From: Octopus vulgaris
Lineage: Eukaryota
Length of the DNA: 64,000 nt
NCBI GenBank assembly: GCA_951406725.2
Contig: OX597820.1
Coordinates: 92,814,001 to 92,878,000, forward strand
Direction: 5' to 3'
The notes below the pieces were generated by a model, which saw nothing but the letters and a program-made list of their open reading frames with translations, did not search any database and had not been told where the DNA came from. This document shows, in pieces, positions 53,554 to 64,000 of the stretch. The position numbers were made by a program, and so were the translations under genes. The first letter of the stretch is position 1. Every line of letters begins with the position of its first letter.

Positions 53554-54724
53554 TTGGGTCATTCCATAAATAATGCGGTGTTTTTGTACGTCTTTTATTT
53601 TTCAGAATTAAAATAAAGTTCTTTTTCAGTCTAAAATACATACTCTTACATTTTCAACAATGCTCTTCCAGCTATCTTGCAAGGCCCATCTTCCAAAACT
53701 CACTTGTCCGTGACGAAAATACTCCTCCAGGACTGTTCTGACCTCGTCTACAGAATTCCTATTTTTCCGTCCAATTGATTTAGAAGACTGCAGAATAAAT
53801 GATAATCAGATGGGTCAATGTCCGGTGAATATAATGGGTGGGGCATCGTTTCCCATTCAAACAGCTCCAGCCTTTGGTATGTCATCCTCGTTGAATGTAG
53901 CCTAGCATTATCCTGATTGAAGAACAACTTCGTCTTCAAACCAAAGATTCTCGTTTTTCTTCTAGTGCTGACTTAAGCCGCTCAAGCTGCTCGCAGTAGA
54001 TCTCCTTTGTTAATGTTTGGTTTGAGTTTAAAAGTTCAAAGTGGGCTAAACCTTTCATATCGCACCAAACAGGTAACACCTTACGTGGGTGAAGAACTTC
54101 TTTAGCCTGTGGTGTCGGTGTTTCTCCTTTCCCTAGCCACTGCTTTCGGCGCTTGACATTTTTTATACAGAGCGTATTTCTCGTCACCAGACTCTATCCG
54201 GTTCAAAAAAGGTTCATTGCTGAATTTTCCGATGTTGATGAATAGTTGATTGGCCAAATCCAAGCTTGTCTGCTACTTTCTCAACAGTTACGATGGGATT
54301 TTTTTCCCACCACGTTTTGCAGGACTTCCTAGTCGAGCTCTACAGATCTTCCAGAACGCGGCTCAACAACTAGGCTGTAGTTTCTGGCTCGGAATTTCTA
54401 GAACAACCGTTGACACAGGCTTACGCTTATTGCCCAAACCTCATATACTGCATCAATATTCTTCACACTTTCTGTTGCGTTGTTGCCTTTATTGAACTCA
54501 TGAAGCAAAATATGCCGAATACGCTCCTTTGCCACTTCCATTATAGCTTTGAAAAAATAGCTATTAAAATCGAACTGCACTCTTCAAAACTTGCACTAAC
54601 TATAAGGTCATGGTAAAATTACTACTAGCTTTTATAGAAAGTTGATGCAGGTAGTTCATCCCGTCCCCTTCCGACTTTTAATTCATGCAATTGAAAAAAC
54701 CGCATTATTTATGGGATGACCCAA
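53554..54724 (-). mobile_element. Mariner (DD34D) transposon, decayed, with both TIRs
   Basis: TIRs ttgggtcattccataaataatgcggt / accgcattatttatgggatgacccaa, TA on both flanks. ATG ~54541 MEVAKERIRHILLHEF; SGDEK; QDNARLH and YSPDIDPSDYHLF with 34 residues between the D's; frameshifts. Confidence 0.93.
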
Positions 54725-54837
54725 TATATTTGATTTTAACCCACACCTGCATATTCGATCTGAATGACATTCACTGTGAGGTTTTGTCTCAGAAAACAAC
54801 TTTACTCTATATATTTTGTGTGTGAAAATAAGCTCCA

Positions 54838-55270
54838 AAAGATATGCGCAGACTGACACCGACGATTCGCCTCAGATTTGCCTCTTCAGCGGGGGATACT
54901 GCTTTGATTTTCTAAAGTTAGATACCATTCACGTTTCAGTGTGCAGTAATTTAGTAAAAGTATATATACAAACAATTATTCCGATTCAAGCTCCTTATGA
55001 GCATTTACTAATACATTTCACACGAGTTTAATCCATTCGATGCTTTAGTAGAAGACACTTTCAGGAGAGTCAAATCTGAAACCATAAAGCTATGAAGCAA
55101 ACTTCTGCAGCGCAGACCCATACTTAAAACGGATAGACATTTGAATAATGCAGTTATAATATACCATAATGTGAACGGGATGGTTATGGCTGGAATGCTT
55201 TCATTATAGGATAGCTCAATCAATGCCCAACAGAGCTTTATCAGCAAAAACAAACGCACCACTATAACTA
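54838..55270 (+). repeat. Local duplicated segment, copy 1
   Basis: Colinear with ~58453-58898 (ctgacaccg.cgattcgcctca..tttgc..cttcagcg; gagtcaaatctgaaaccataaa.ctatgaagcaaacttct; caatgcccaacaga). Confidence 0.85.
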
Positions 55271-55445
55271 CGTATTTTATTACCAATTCGGGTCAACAAA
55301 AGAGTTTCTATGTGAGTGATCAAGTTGTTGGAAACAGTAATTAATTATCCATCAGAACACAAATTAATGCTTCAATTAAATAAGGATTCCAAGACCAAAT
55401 ATTCCTTGATATTCAAAAAATACGAGATGCTCATAACTGTTACAC

Positions 55446-55501
55446 ATTTGATCCCAGATCTATTTGATCCTAGATCTATTTGATCCTAGATCTATTTGAT
55501 C
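55446..55501. repeat. 16-bp minisatellite (atttgatcctagatct) x3.5
   Basis: Direct reading. Confidence 0.9.
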
Positions 55502-56289
55502 TGAGCTAGCCAGGGGGTAGAGAACAGCAGCATCTTTATTCCTATCTGTTTTAAAATAAAATGAATTCAACCGTTCAGAAATTTATATCTAGGTAACGGA
55601 TACATTGCAACACGGACAACAAAATTCGAACACCAGGCACTAAATTGATTAAGTATATCTTGTGAAAAATAATGACCAAACTTGAATGCAAAAGACAGCA
55701 CTTGCAGAAAAGCAATGTTCAATTCACAAATGAAATTAGTGAAGTTACCGTTTCTATCATGTAATTATGGTGAAAAATCATACGATAAATCCTTTCGGCG
55801 AAATATTTTCTGCAACTCTGACTCTATTATGGTCATAGATGTTTCACATCAATTATAATAAAACTGCCAAGATTAAGGAAATTTGAAAATAATCATCTCT
55901 AATATCACCCACTGCTGGATACTTTTGATCACTAGAGGTCAACAGTTGTTTCCTTAGTTTTCAAATAGCTCTTTAATTTTCATCTAATTTAATTCAATTA
56001 TTCGTGGAGAATTTGTAAAAGTCCCTAACGATTTCTTTTCCATTATATATAATTGGAGATAGATGAAAACTCTTGCAAAAACTTATGTAGAATATTTTAC
56101 TATTTTGATAGATATGTCAGAATGTTATACGAGAGTGAATTGGGAAGTAATGCAATATATATTTGCTTTGCTTTCTAACTCACTCACGTTCGTATACAGA
56201 CTTACATACACATATAAATCAGAAATATATATCTATAAATAATCTATTCATACACACACACACGTACACAAATATATATATATATACCT

Positions 56290-56754
56290 TTTTTTTGTTA
56301 CTTGTTTCAGTAAGTAGACGGCGGCCAGGCTGAGGAACCGCCTTGAAGAAACTTTTAACCGAATAAATCGACACCAGTACATATTTTTTAACCCTGGTAC
56401 TTATTCTGCGGGTTTCTTTTTGCCGGACCGCTAAGTTGCGGGGACGTAAACAAAACAACAGCGGTTATGAAGAGCTGAGGGAGAGGACAAGCATTGGCAC
56501 AAATTAGACACACGCACGCATACAAACTTAAATACACCTGCACATACACACACATGTACACGCACGCACACACACCACACACACCCATATGCAAACATAC
56601 ATACATACATACATACGACGAGCTTCTTTCAGTTTCCGTCTACCAAACCCACTCACAAGCTTTAGTGATGGCACTTGTCTAAGGTGCCACCCATTAGGGA
56701 CTGAGCCCGGAATCATGGTTGCAAAGAAATTTTTTACAACAGTCACACCTGCCC

Positions 56755-56755
<1 letters not shown>
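56290..56755 (-). mobile_element. SINE S2, near full length with internal CA-rich tract
   Basis: Same head/tail architecture as 2255-2858. Confidence 0.85.
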
Positions 56756-56785
<30 letters not shown>

Positions 56786-57010
56786 CGCGCACGTGTGTGT
56801 CTGTCTGTGTTTATACATTCACGCGTGTGTTTGTACGTGTGCGTGTATATGTGTGCGCGTGTGTATGCAATATTTTGGCGTTCCTACCAAAGTGGGAGAA
56901 TATTCTACAACAGCTTTTGGAAGACTTTTAACTTATCTACTATAATATCTAACAGAAGGGAAGTTTCAAAAACTTACACAAATTCTTCTCGTGTAGTTTA
57001 ATTCAATATA

Positions 57011-58309
57011 CAGGGGTTGCACACAATAATGGAAACACCTTAAAATTGCAAACAATTTATTTTAATATGGTGTAGGACCGCCTTTGACAGTCATTATAGC
57101 TTGAGTTCTACGACGTAAGGACTCGGACAAAGTTTGAATTCTTTCCAAATTACTTTCCGTCCATTCTTCAGCTAAATTCTCCAGTTCTTGTAGTGATGAT
57201 AGTGGAGGATATCGACTCTTTACTTGTCTTTCTAAAGTGCACCATAAATGTTCAATCATATTGAGGTCTGGAGATTGTGGCGGCCAGATAAGATGTTCGA
57301 TTTCACAAGAGTGCTCCTCGTGCCATTCAGTAACAACGTTAGCAGCGTGAATTGGTGCATTATCATCCTGAAAGATTTCGTTTCCTTCCGGAAACTGTTC
57401 CGCAAACATAGGATGAATTTGATCCGATAAAATGCTTAAATAATCTTGACTATGAATTCTGCAATGAAAGGAATCTATTGAGCCGGCGGATTTCTAAGAT
57501 AACCCCCCCCCCACCCACCACCACCACCACCACCACCAATCATCACAAATCATCTTCCATGTTTAACAGTTGGAAGAAGGTAGTGTGGGTCAAATGCTTC
57601 TTTTAGCTGTCCCCACACATATACTCGACCGGTGGTCGGAAATAAACTAAACGATATCACGTCCGAGAAAATAACTTCCAGTGCTCTAGGAACCAATTCT
57701 GTAGGCTTTTACTCCACTCTAAACGCTTTGCAACGTTTATTCTTGAAAGCAGTGGTTTTCTAATTGTAGGCTTCCCGTGAAATGCGGCTTTTTGCAGCTC
57801 CCGACGAACAGTTTTTTGTGGAAACTGGGTTATCGAGGTGGTCATTAAACTCTGCAGTAATTTTTGGAGCTGTACTTTTGTAATCCACTCTAACAATTCG
57901 CGAAGAGTCCGACGATCCTTATCTGAAAGTTTTGGTTTTCTTCCGGAGTTTTGTATCGAGGAGGAGGTTTTTCCCTCTTTCGCAAAGGCTGTCATTACTT
58001 TCGAGGCAGTGCTCCTTGATACAGAAGCTGTATTCGTTACGGCTGTTTTCGTTACGCTAGGCACCTTCCATACGAGAACCAACAATTTGACCTCTTTTAA
58101 AGTCCGATAGATCTGTCATTTTAATGAATTTTAATTACCTTTTAACTGATGATATCTGACAAGAAACAGCAAATTTAGCAAAACATATTAAGTAACACTA
58201 ATAATGAACCAAAAAACATTAAAATAGACAAGCTTTTGACGACTTTATAGATATTTCAAAATTATGATGCTATGATGCTAGGCGTCTCCATTATTTTGGC
58301 CAACCCCAG
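57011..58309 (-). mobile_element. Tc1-type transposon with DD36E spacing (Incomer-like), decayed
   Basis: TA|caggggttgcacacaataatggaaacacc ... ggcgtctccattattttggccaaccccag|TA. ATG 58119 MTDLSDFKRGQIVG; C-terminal ORF FQDDNAPIH...WPPQSPDLNMIE...GGPTPY* (stop 57062); frameshifts and a (CCA)n expansion. Confidence 0.93.
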
Positions 58310-58380
58310 TATATATCAATGCAGGTTCTTTATGTCCGAATTTCATGACAAAGTTCGGCATGCCCTCAACTGGCGACGTA

Positions 58381-59034
58381 ACACAGATCGTTGACGCTGC
58401 AAGGCTTTTCTTCCTTCTTCAATAAGTTGTTTCAAAATGATAGCCAGTCTTCCCAAAAGACATCCGCATCTGACACCGGCGATTCGCCTCATATTTGCAC
58501 CTTCAGCGAGGGACACTGCTTTGATATTCTGAAGCTAGACGCCATTCACATTTCAGTGCGCAGGAGCGTAGTAAAATATACGTATACACGCAATTATTCC
58601 AATTCAGACTCTTTGTATGCATATACTGATACAATTCACATGAGTTTAATCCATTCCATGCTTTCGTAGAAGACACATGCTTAAGGTTTATGCAGAAGAG
58701 TCAAATCTGAAACCATAAATCTATGAAGCAAACTTCTTCAGTGCAGACCCATACTTAAAAAGGATAGAGACATTGAATAAAATAGTTATGATATATCATA
58801 ATGTAGAAGGGGTGATAGCTGGAATGCTTTCGTTATAGGACTGCTTAATCAATGCCCAACAGATTTATCAGCAACAACCAATGAACCTCTTTTACTACAT
58901 ATTGTTTTACACAGATCGATTACGCTGCAAGGCTTTGCTTCCTCCCTGTACTAAGTTGTTTCAAAATGATAGCCAGACTATCTGACATGGGCGATTCGTC
59001 ACAGATTTTCTTCTTCGGCGAGGGACTCCGCTTG
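58381..59034 (+). repeat. Local duplicated segment, copy 2 (~528-bp unit) plus partial tandem copy 3
   Basis: acacagatcg..acgctgcaaggcttt..aagttgtttcaaaatgatagccag occurs at 58381 and again at 58909. Confidence 0.85.
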
Positions 59035-59270
59035 AAGAATTTTCTAGTTGAATAAATTGATCCCAGTACATATTTTTAAAGCCTGGTACTTATTCTGCAG
59101 TTTCTTTATGCCAGACCTCTAAGTTACGAGGTAAACGAAGTAACGGCGGTTTTGAAGAGGTGGAGGAGAGACAAAACACAGGCACAACACAGACACACGC
59201 ACACATACACAAATAAACACACACACGCACATAAACACAGATACACGCACACACACACACACAGACCGAC
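59030..59270 (-). mobile_element. SINE S2 3' half
   Basis: Matches 56340-56520 (cccagtacatattttta..cctggtacttattctgc..taagtt.cg). Confidence 0.7.
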
Positions 59271-59741
59271 CCCACATTTTAGGAGTGAATTTGATCACAG
59301 GTGTTTAGGAGGCTAAGAAGGTTGTGATGGCTAGCAGGTTGTAGGTTTTATATTGGATGGTTATTAGTTACCTGCCGGAAGAGTGTTTTACATCAAAGAG
59401 GGCACCGAACTGCTTGAGGGACTCAACTCCTTTCATCGAATTGCATTCAAAAGGCAGTAAGGGTTTGTGCTTGGATTTTCTTTCATATCTTACATATTAA
59501 CCCATCGCAGGGACTCCGAAAGTACTACTGCTCCGAGTCAAAGTTGACTAGGGACCAATAGTGGCTAAAAGATGGTTCCACATACCTCAAAACTCTGAAC
59601 TTTCCAAGCAAGGACCCTCACTACAGGATGCAGTCTGAAATCATACCCAGGACAGATATGTTTGTATGTGTGTGTGTGTGTGTATGTGTGGGTTTGTGTG
59701 TGCCTGTATGTGTGCGTGTGTGCGTATATTATATATATGTG

Positions 59742-59840
<99 letters not shown>

Positions 59841-61504
59841 GGGGGGTGAAAGCAGTCAGATAAACAAACTGACAGACGGCCTGACGGAGGGGCGGACGGA
59901 CAGGGAGATGGACGGGCAGTCGGACAGATGTACAGACGGTCGGACAGACAGACAGGCAGACAGATATATATAGATAAATAGAAAGATACGTAGATACATA
60001 CATATATACATGCACATATGCATATATTATTAATATATGAATGTTTTACTTGTATGCAGGAGAAAAAGTGTCAATACAAGGTGTAAAATATGACCATATT
60101 TATTGGAATTATGTTGCTACTCAAAGTTTCAGGATAGCTCAAAGTAATTCCATTCAAGTGACACCGACACAAATTCACGTGAGTTGCATTCAAATACAGT
60201 AATTCAATTGTGAAGGGTTTTTCAAACACAAACCCAGAACATGATATAAATTTGCTTAGGATGAGGCAGATGCTGTGTACTTGATATAATTAATATAATT
60301 AATACTAAAATTCAAATATTCTCAGAAAGATTTTGCTTCAATTTTGAGTGACGAATTTCTTGATGAACACACGTTTTTGAATGTATTTTCGTCATTCAAA
60401 CTTTATGTGCATATAAGACTATGCATGAAATCTTGTATCAGTATCTTGAATTTGTATCAGCATCATGAAACTCTGGACATTACTGGCTCCAGTGTCAGTA
60501 TTAAGGGGCTGGCTACTCGGTTTCAACGACCCATTAGCGAACAGAGCGCCAGTTTGTCGAAGGATCCATCATTTATAACAGAGTGGACTGAGCAACGTCA
60601 GATGAAATTTTTTGCTCAAAAGCACAACGTACAGCTCGGTCTGATTATCAAGTGCAATGCTCCAACTACAAGGTCACGAACCTTCACTTTTGTCTGGATT
60701 GGGACAAGGGTAAGGATTCTTCCCTCATATGTAAGATATAAGGGTAGATTTAATATATTGTGATCTTTGGTTTGCACTTAAATAACAGTGGTTACTACCG
60801 TCAGTGTATGCATTTACCTTTACAACAATACACAATTTCATTAGAGGATTCCTTTTAGTTCAACATGTCATTGTACTAGCTCTTGACTGAGAAAATACAT
60901 GGGATGAATATACCTTATTTTAAATGTATTTGTGTTTAACCTGATGTTGAACTTTCCGTGTGGGCTATTTATTCTAAGACAGTTGTCTATATCAGTTTAT
61001 ACCTGTGTCCGTATAAGTATATTGCAGCTGGGTGGCTTCTGTGGTGCTAACAGATTTAGGTCTGCCGTTAGAGATTTATAATTCTGTGTTGTTTATATAA
61101 ATATAGTTAGCCTTAACTAAACTCTTGCTGCAGTTATTTGTGCATATATGTGAAGTGAATTAATGCCAGCAGATCAGTGCTCATTTTATTAAAATGAAAT
61201 ACAGTTGTCTCTCTCTTAAGGATATGTTCTTACGTGATCCTCTTGTACAATTTTTGTAGTTGCGACGTGCAGCCCGTTGCGACTAAATGACTTGGTCAGT
61301 GATAATCAATGAAATTACCATGTTTAGATAGCATCTCCCGTTAGAACACGCTTTCTTTACACTAAATAATGTCTGCTTGATATAATGACTGCCTGATATA
61401 TCAAAGAATCGTATAACTTTAGTTCTGGTAAAAGACGCCAGCTGAATATATATATATATATATATATAAAGAGAGAGAGAGAGATGAATAGATAGATATA
61501 CATT

Positions 61505-61604
<100 letters not shown>

Positions 61605-62152
61605 TTGGGTCAAAGAGTAGAATCTTCGTTGTTACTTGATATTTCACTTTCTGTTTATCGAGCCAATTATTGTCTCGCATATTCGACAAATCGTTTGACA
61701 TACAGATACGTGGATCTTTAAGTAATGATGGTATGAAGTTTAAACTTTGAATTATAATAGCAACATATATAAATCCACTTCATGTTTAGAGTACTTTATC
61801 CCCTCGTTTGTAATTCCAGACATACATATACGTATGTATGTGTGTGTTTGTGTGTGTGTGTGTGTGCGTGCGTGCGTCTGTGCGTACGTGTGTATGTGTG
61901 TGTCTATGTGCGAGTGTGTGCGTTCGCGTGAGTGTAGGTGTGTGTGTCTGTGTATGTGTTGGTAGCATTTACAAAGCTATTCATATTATTTTCTTGTTTC
62001 GAAGTCATCAGCGGAGATTCTGGTGGTCTGGAAACTTGGGAGAAGCGGCACTAGTCTTTCAAGTGTCATTGTCTGAATAATTATATAGCGACTTTCTCTC
62101 ATATATTTTTTGATACGTTATCTTACATTATGGTGTATATATATAAACATAT

Positions 62153-62309
62153 ATACAAAATTAAGAGGAATGACCACTAAAATGGCATTTTGGCATTTTG
62201 CTGAGGTTTTTTTTTCTTGAGTGCACATTCTTCGTGGTAATGGCGATTTGACGTCTATGCTTAGCATATAGGGTGTCCATTTTAGTGGTCATTCCTTTTA
62301 ATTTTGTAT
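62153..62309. repeat. Inverted repeat, 33-bp arms with ~91-bp spacer
   Basis: atacaaaattaagaggaatgaccactaaaatgg vs ccattttagtggtcattccttttaattttgtat, 1 mismatch. Confidence 0.9.
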
Positions 62310-62395
62310 GTATCACAATACTTAAAATTTTGTATGTATCGGATTTTTTAAATATGCTAAGCCACTGGTGTTAATTGATTAACATGAATTAATTT

Positions 62396-62455
<60 letters not shown>

Positions 62456-63027
62456 TACTGTTGTGTATGGTGGGGGGGGGATTTTCTTTTTGTGCCTTAT
62501 AATTTAACACTCACCTGCAAAATTATTTCCACTTATTTCATATTTTTATTTTCATAAAATTTTCGTTGATTAATATATGTGTGTGTGTGTGTATGTATGT
62601 TTTGTGTGTGTATATATATGACTGTATGTGTATACATACAAACATTATAGATGTATGTTTATAACGATACGTTTCAGTTGCACGGCGTTATTCGTATTCT
62701 GACTTTAATTAAAACAAACTACGAATCTGCTATTCATCTTGCTGAACTTGGGGTCATTGTTAAATGATGACCGGTAGCAGTATTGATAGATTATTATTTA
62801 CTATCTATGAGAGAGAAGCAATTTCTATGGACAACTCTTTAATAATACGACAATGTGAGCAAAATTGTATTTTGAATAAGAGAACTTGTATTTCGGATTA
62901 GAAATATACTGACAAGGCCAAACAAAGTTGCAATAATGCGATCTAGTGGCCTCGGCACTTGAGGTAGCGGAAATGTACATCTCCGCAAGCGATATAGACT
63001 AGAGCGCATTTTGCACCAAAAAGTGTA

Positions 63028-63372
63028 GGTACAGGGCTGGTTGTGTGATAAGAAGTTTGCTTACCTATCGCTTGGTTTCAGGTACAGTCCTACTATGAGG
63101 CACCTTGGGCAAGTGTCTTCCACTATAGCCTCGAGTCGAGCAAAGCCTTGTAAGTTGATGTAGCAAAGGGAAACTGAAAGAAGTCCATCGTATATGTATA
63201 TATCTACGTGTGCTATTGTGTCTCTGTTTGTACCACCACCACCGCTTGATAACCGGTGTTGGTGTGTTTACGTTCCCGTAAGTCAGCAGTTCGGCAAAAT
63301 GACCGATAGAGTATGTATCAATACCGAGCATGGCCGCAGTTTAATGATTGAAATAAGTAAAAGATAAAAGAT
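63028..63372 (+). mobile_element. SINE S2
   Basis: aggcaccttgggcaagtgtcttccactatagcc...ggaaactgaaagaag...agcatggccgcagtttaatgattgaaataagtaaaagataaaaga. Confidence 0.85.
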
Positions 63373-63380
63373 AGAGATAG

Positions 63381-63783
63381 GGGCATGCGTGGTTATAGAG
63401 TTAAAAAGCTTGATTGGCAACCATAGATTCTTCTGTTCAGTCCCATTGCATGGCACCGTGGGCAAATGTCTTCTGTTATAGAACCGAGCAGACCAAGATA
63501 TTGTGAGTTGATATGGTTGATGGAATCTGAAAGAAACTCGATGTATGTAAACATATATGTATATATTTATGTGTACCTTTGTTTTTGTACTACGTTTGTC
63601 ACCTATCGTTGCGTAATAAGCTGATTTGATTAAATCCCCGTAACGCAGCTATTCAGCCAAAGAGGCCGTTGGAATAAGTACCAATCTTTAAAATAAGCAC
63701 TTGAGTAGATTTGTTTGAGTAAACCATTCAAGGCAGTGCCCCAGCATGACCACAATCCAATGACTGAAACAAGTGAAAAAAAT
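63381..63783 (+). mobile_element. SINE S2, tandem second copy
   Basis: gttcagtcccattgcatggcaccgtgggcaaatgtcttct...aaggcagtgccccagcatgaccacaatccaatgactgaaacaag. Confidence 0.85.
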
Positions 63784-63787
63784 ACCT

Positions 63788-64000
63788 ATTTCTTTACTAC
63801 CCACAAAGGGCTAAACACAGAGGAGACAAACAAAGACAGACAAACGGATTAAGTCGATTGCATCGACCCCAGTGCGTAACTGGTACTTAATTTATCGACC
63901 CCGAAAGGATGAAAGGCAAAGTCGACCTCGGCGGAATTTGAACTCAGAACGTAACGGCAGACGAAATACGCTACGCATTTCGCCCGGCGTGCTAACGTTT
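63788..64000 (-). mobile_element. SINE S1 (runs off window end)
   Basis: Reverse complement of ~45045-45256 with high identity. Confidence 0.9.

Noticed and set aside
59505-59655. Possible RTE-related short repeat with an HDV-like ribozyme
   Set aside because: It looks like an interspersed repeat, but I could not build the nested double pseudoknot or find a second copy in the window.

Overview
AT-rich, microsatellite-dense eukaryotic genomic DNA. The repeat content (tRNA-derived SINEs with internal TA/CA tracts, REL-endonuclease LINE stacks, Penelope-like remnants) is most consistent with an octopus or other coleoid cephalopod genome; this is an inference. I cannot support any host protein-coding exon, and nearly all listed ORFs are microsatellite translations. 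DNA transposons: two ~1.3-1.6 kb Tc1-type elements with DD36E catalytic spacing, a DD34D mariner, a mariner fragment and two TA-flanked MITEs. Retroelements: stacks of R4/Dong-like non-LTR 3' ends in (TAA)n, a CR1-like 3' end, Tx1/L1-like fragments, fossil Penelope-like RT remnants and at least four SINE families. The most interesting signals are (i) a near-canonical minimal type I hammerhead ribozyme at 20812-20856 (-) plus three other repeat-borne hammerhead-like folds with deviant cores, (ii) a SINE/LINE pair sharing a 3' tail with a covarying stem-loop, (iii) three different TAA-associated retrotransposons stacked head-to-tail, and (iv) an internally deleted Tx1-like element. All alignments and translations were done by eye, so boundaries of degraded repeats are approximate.
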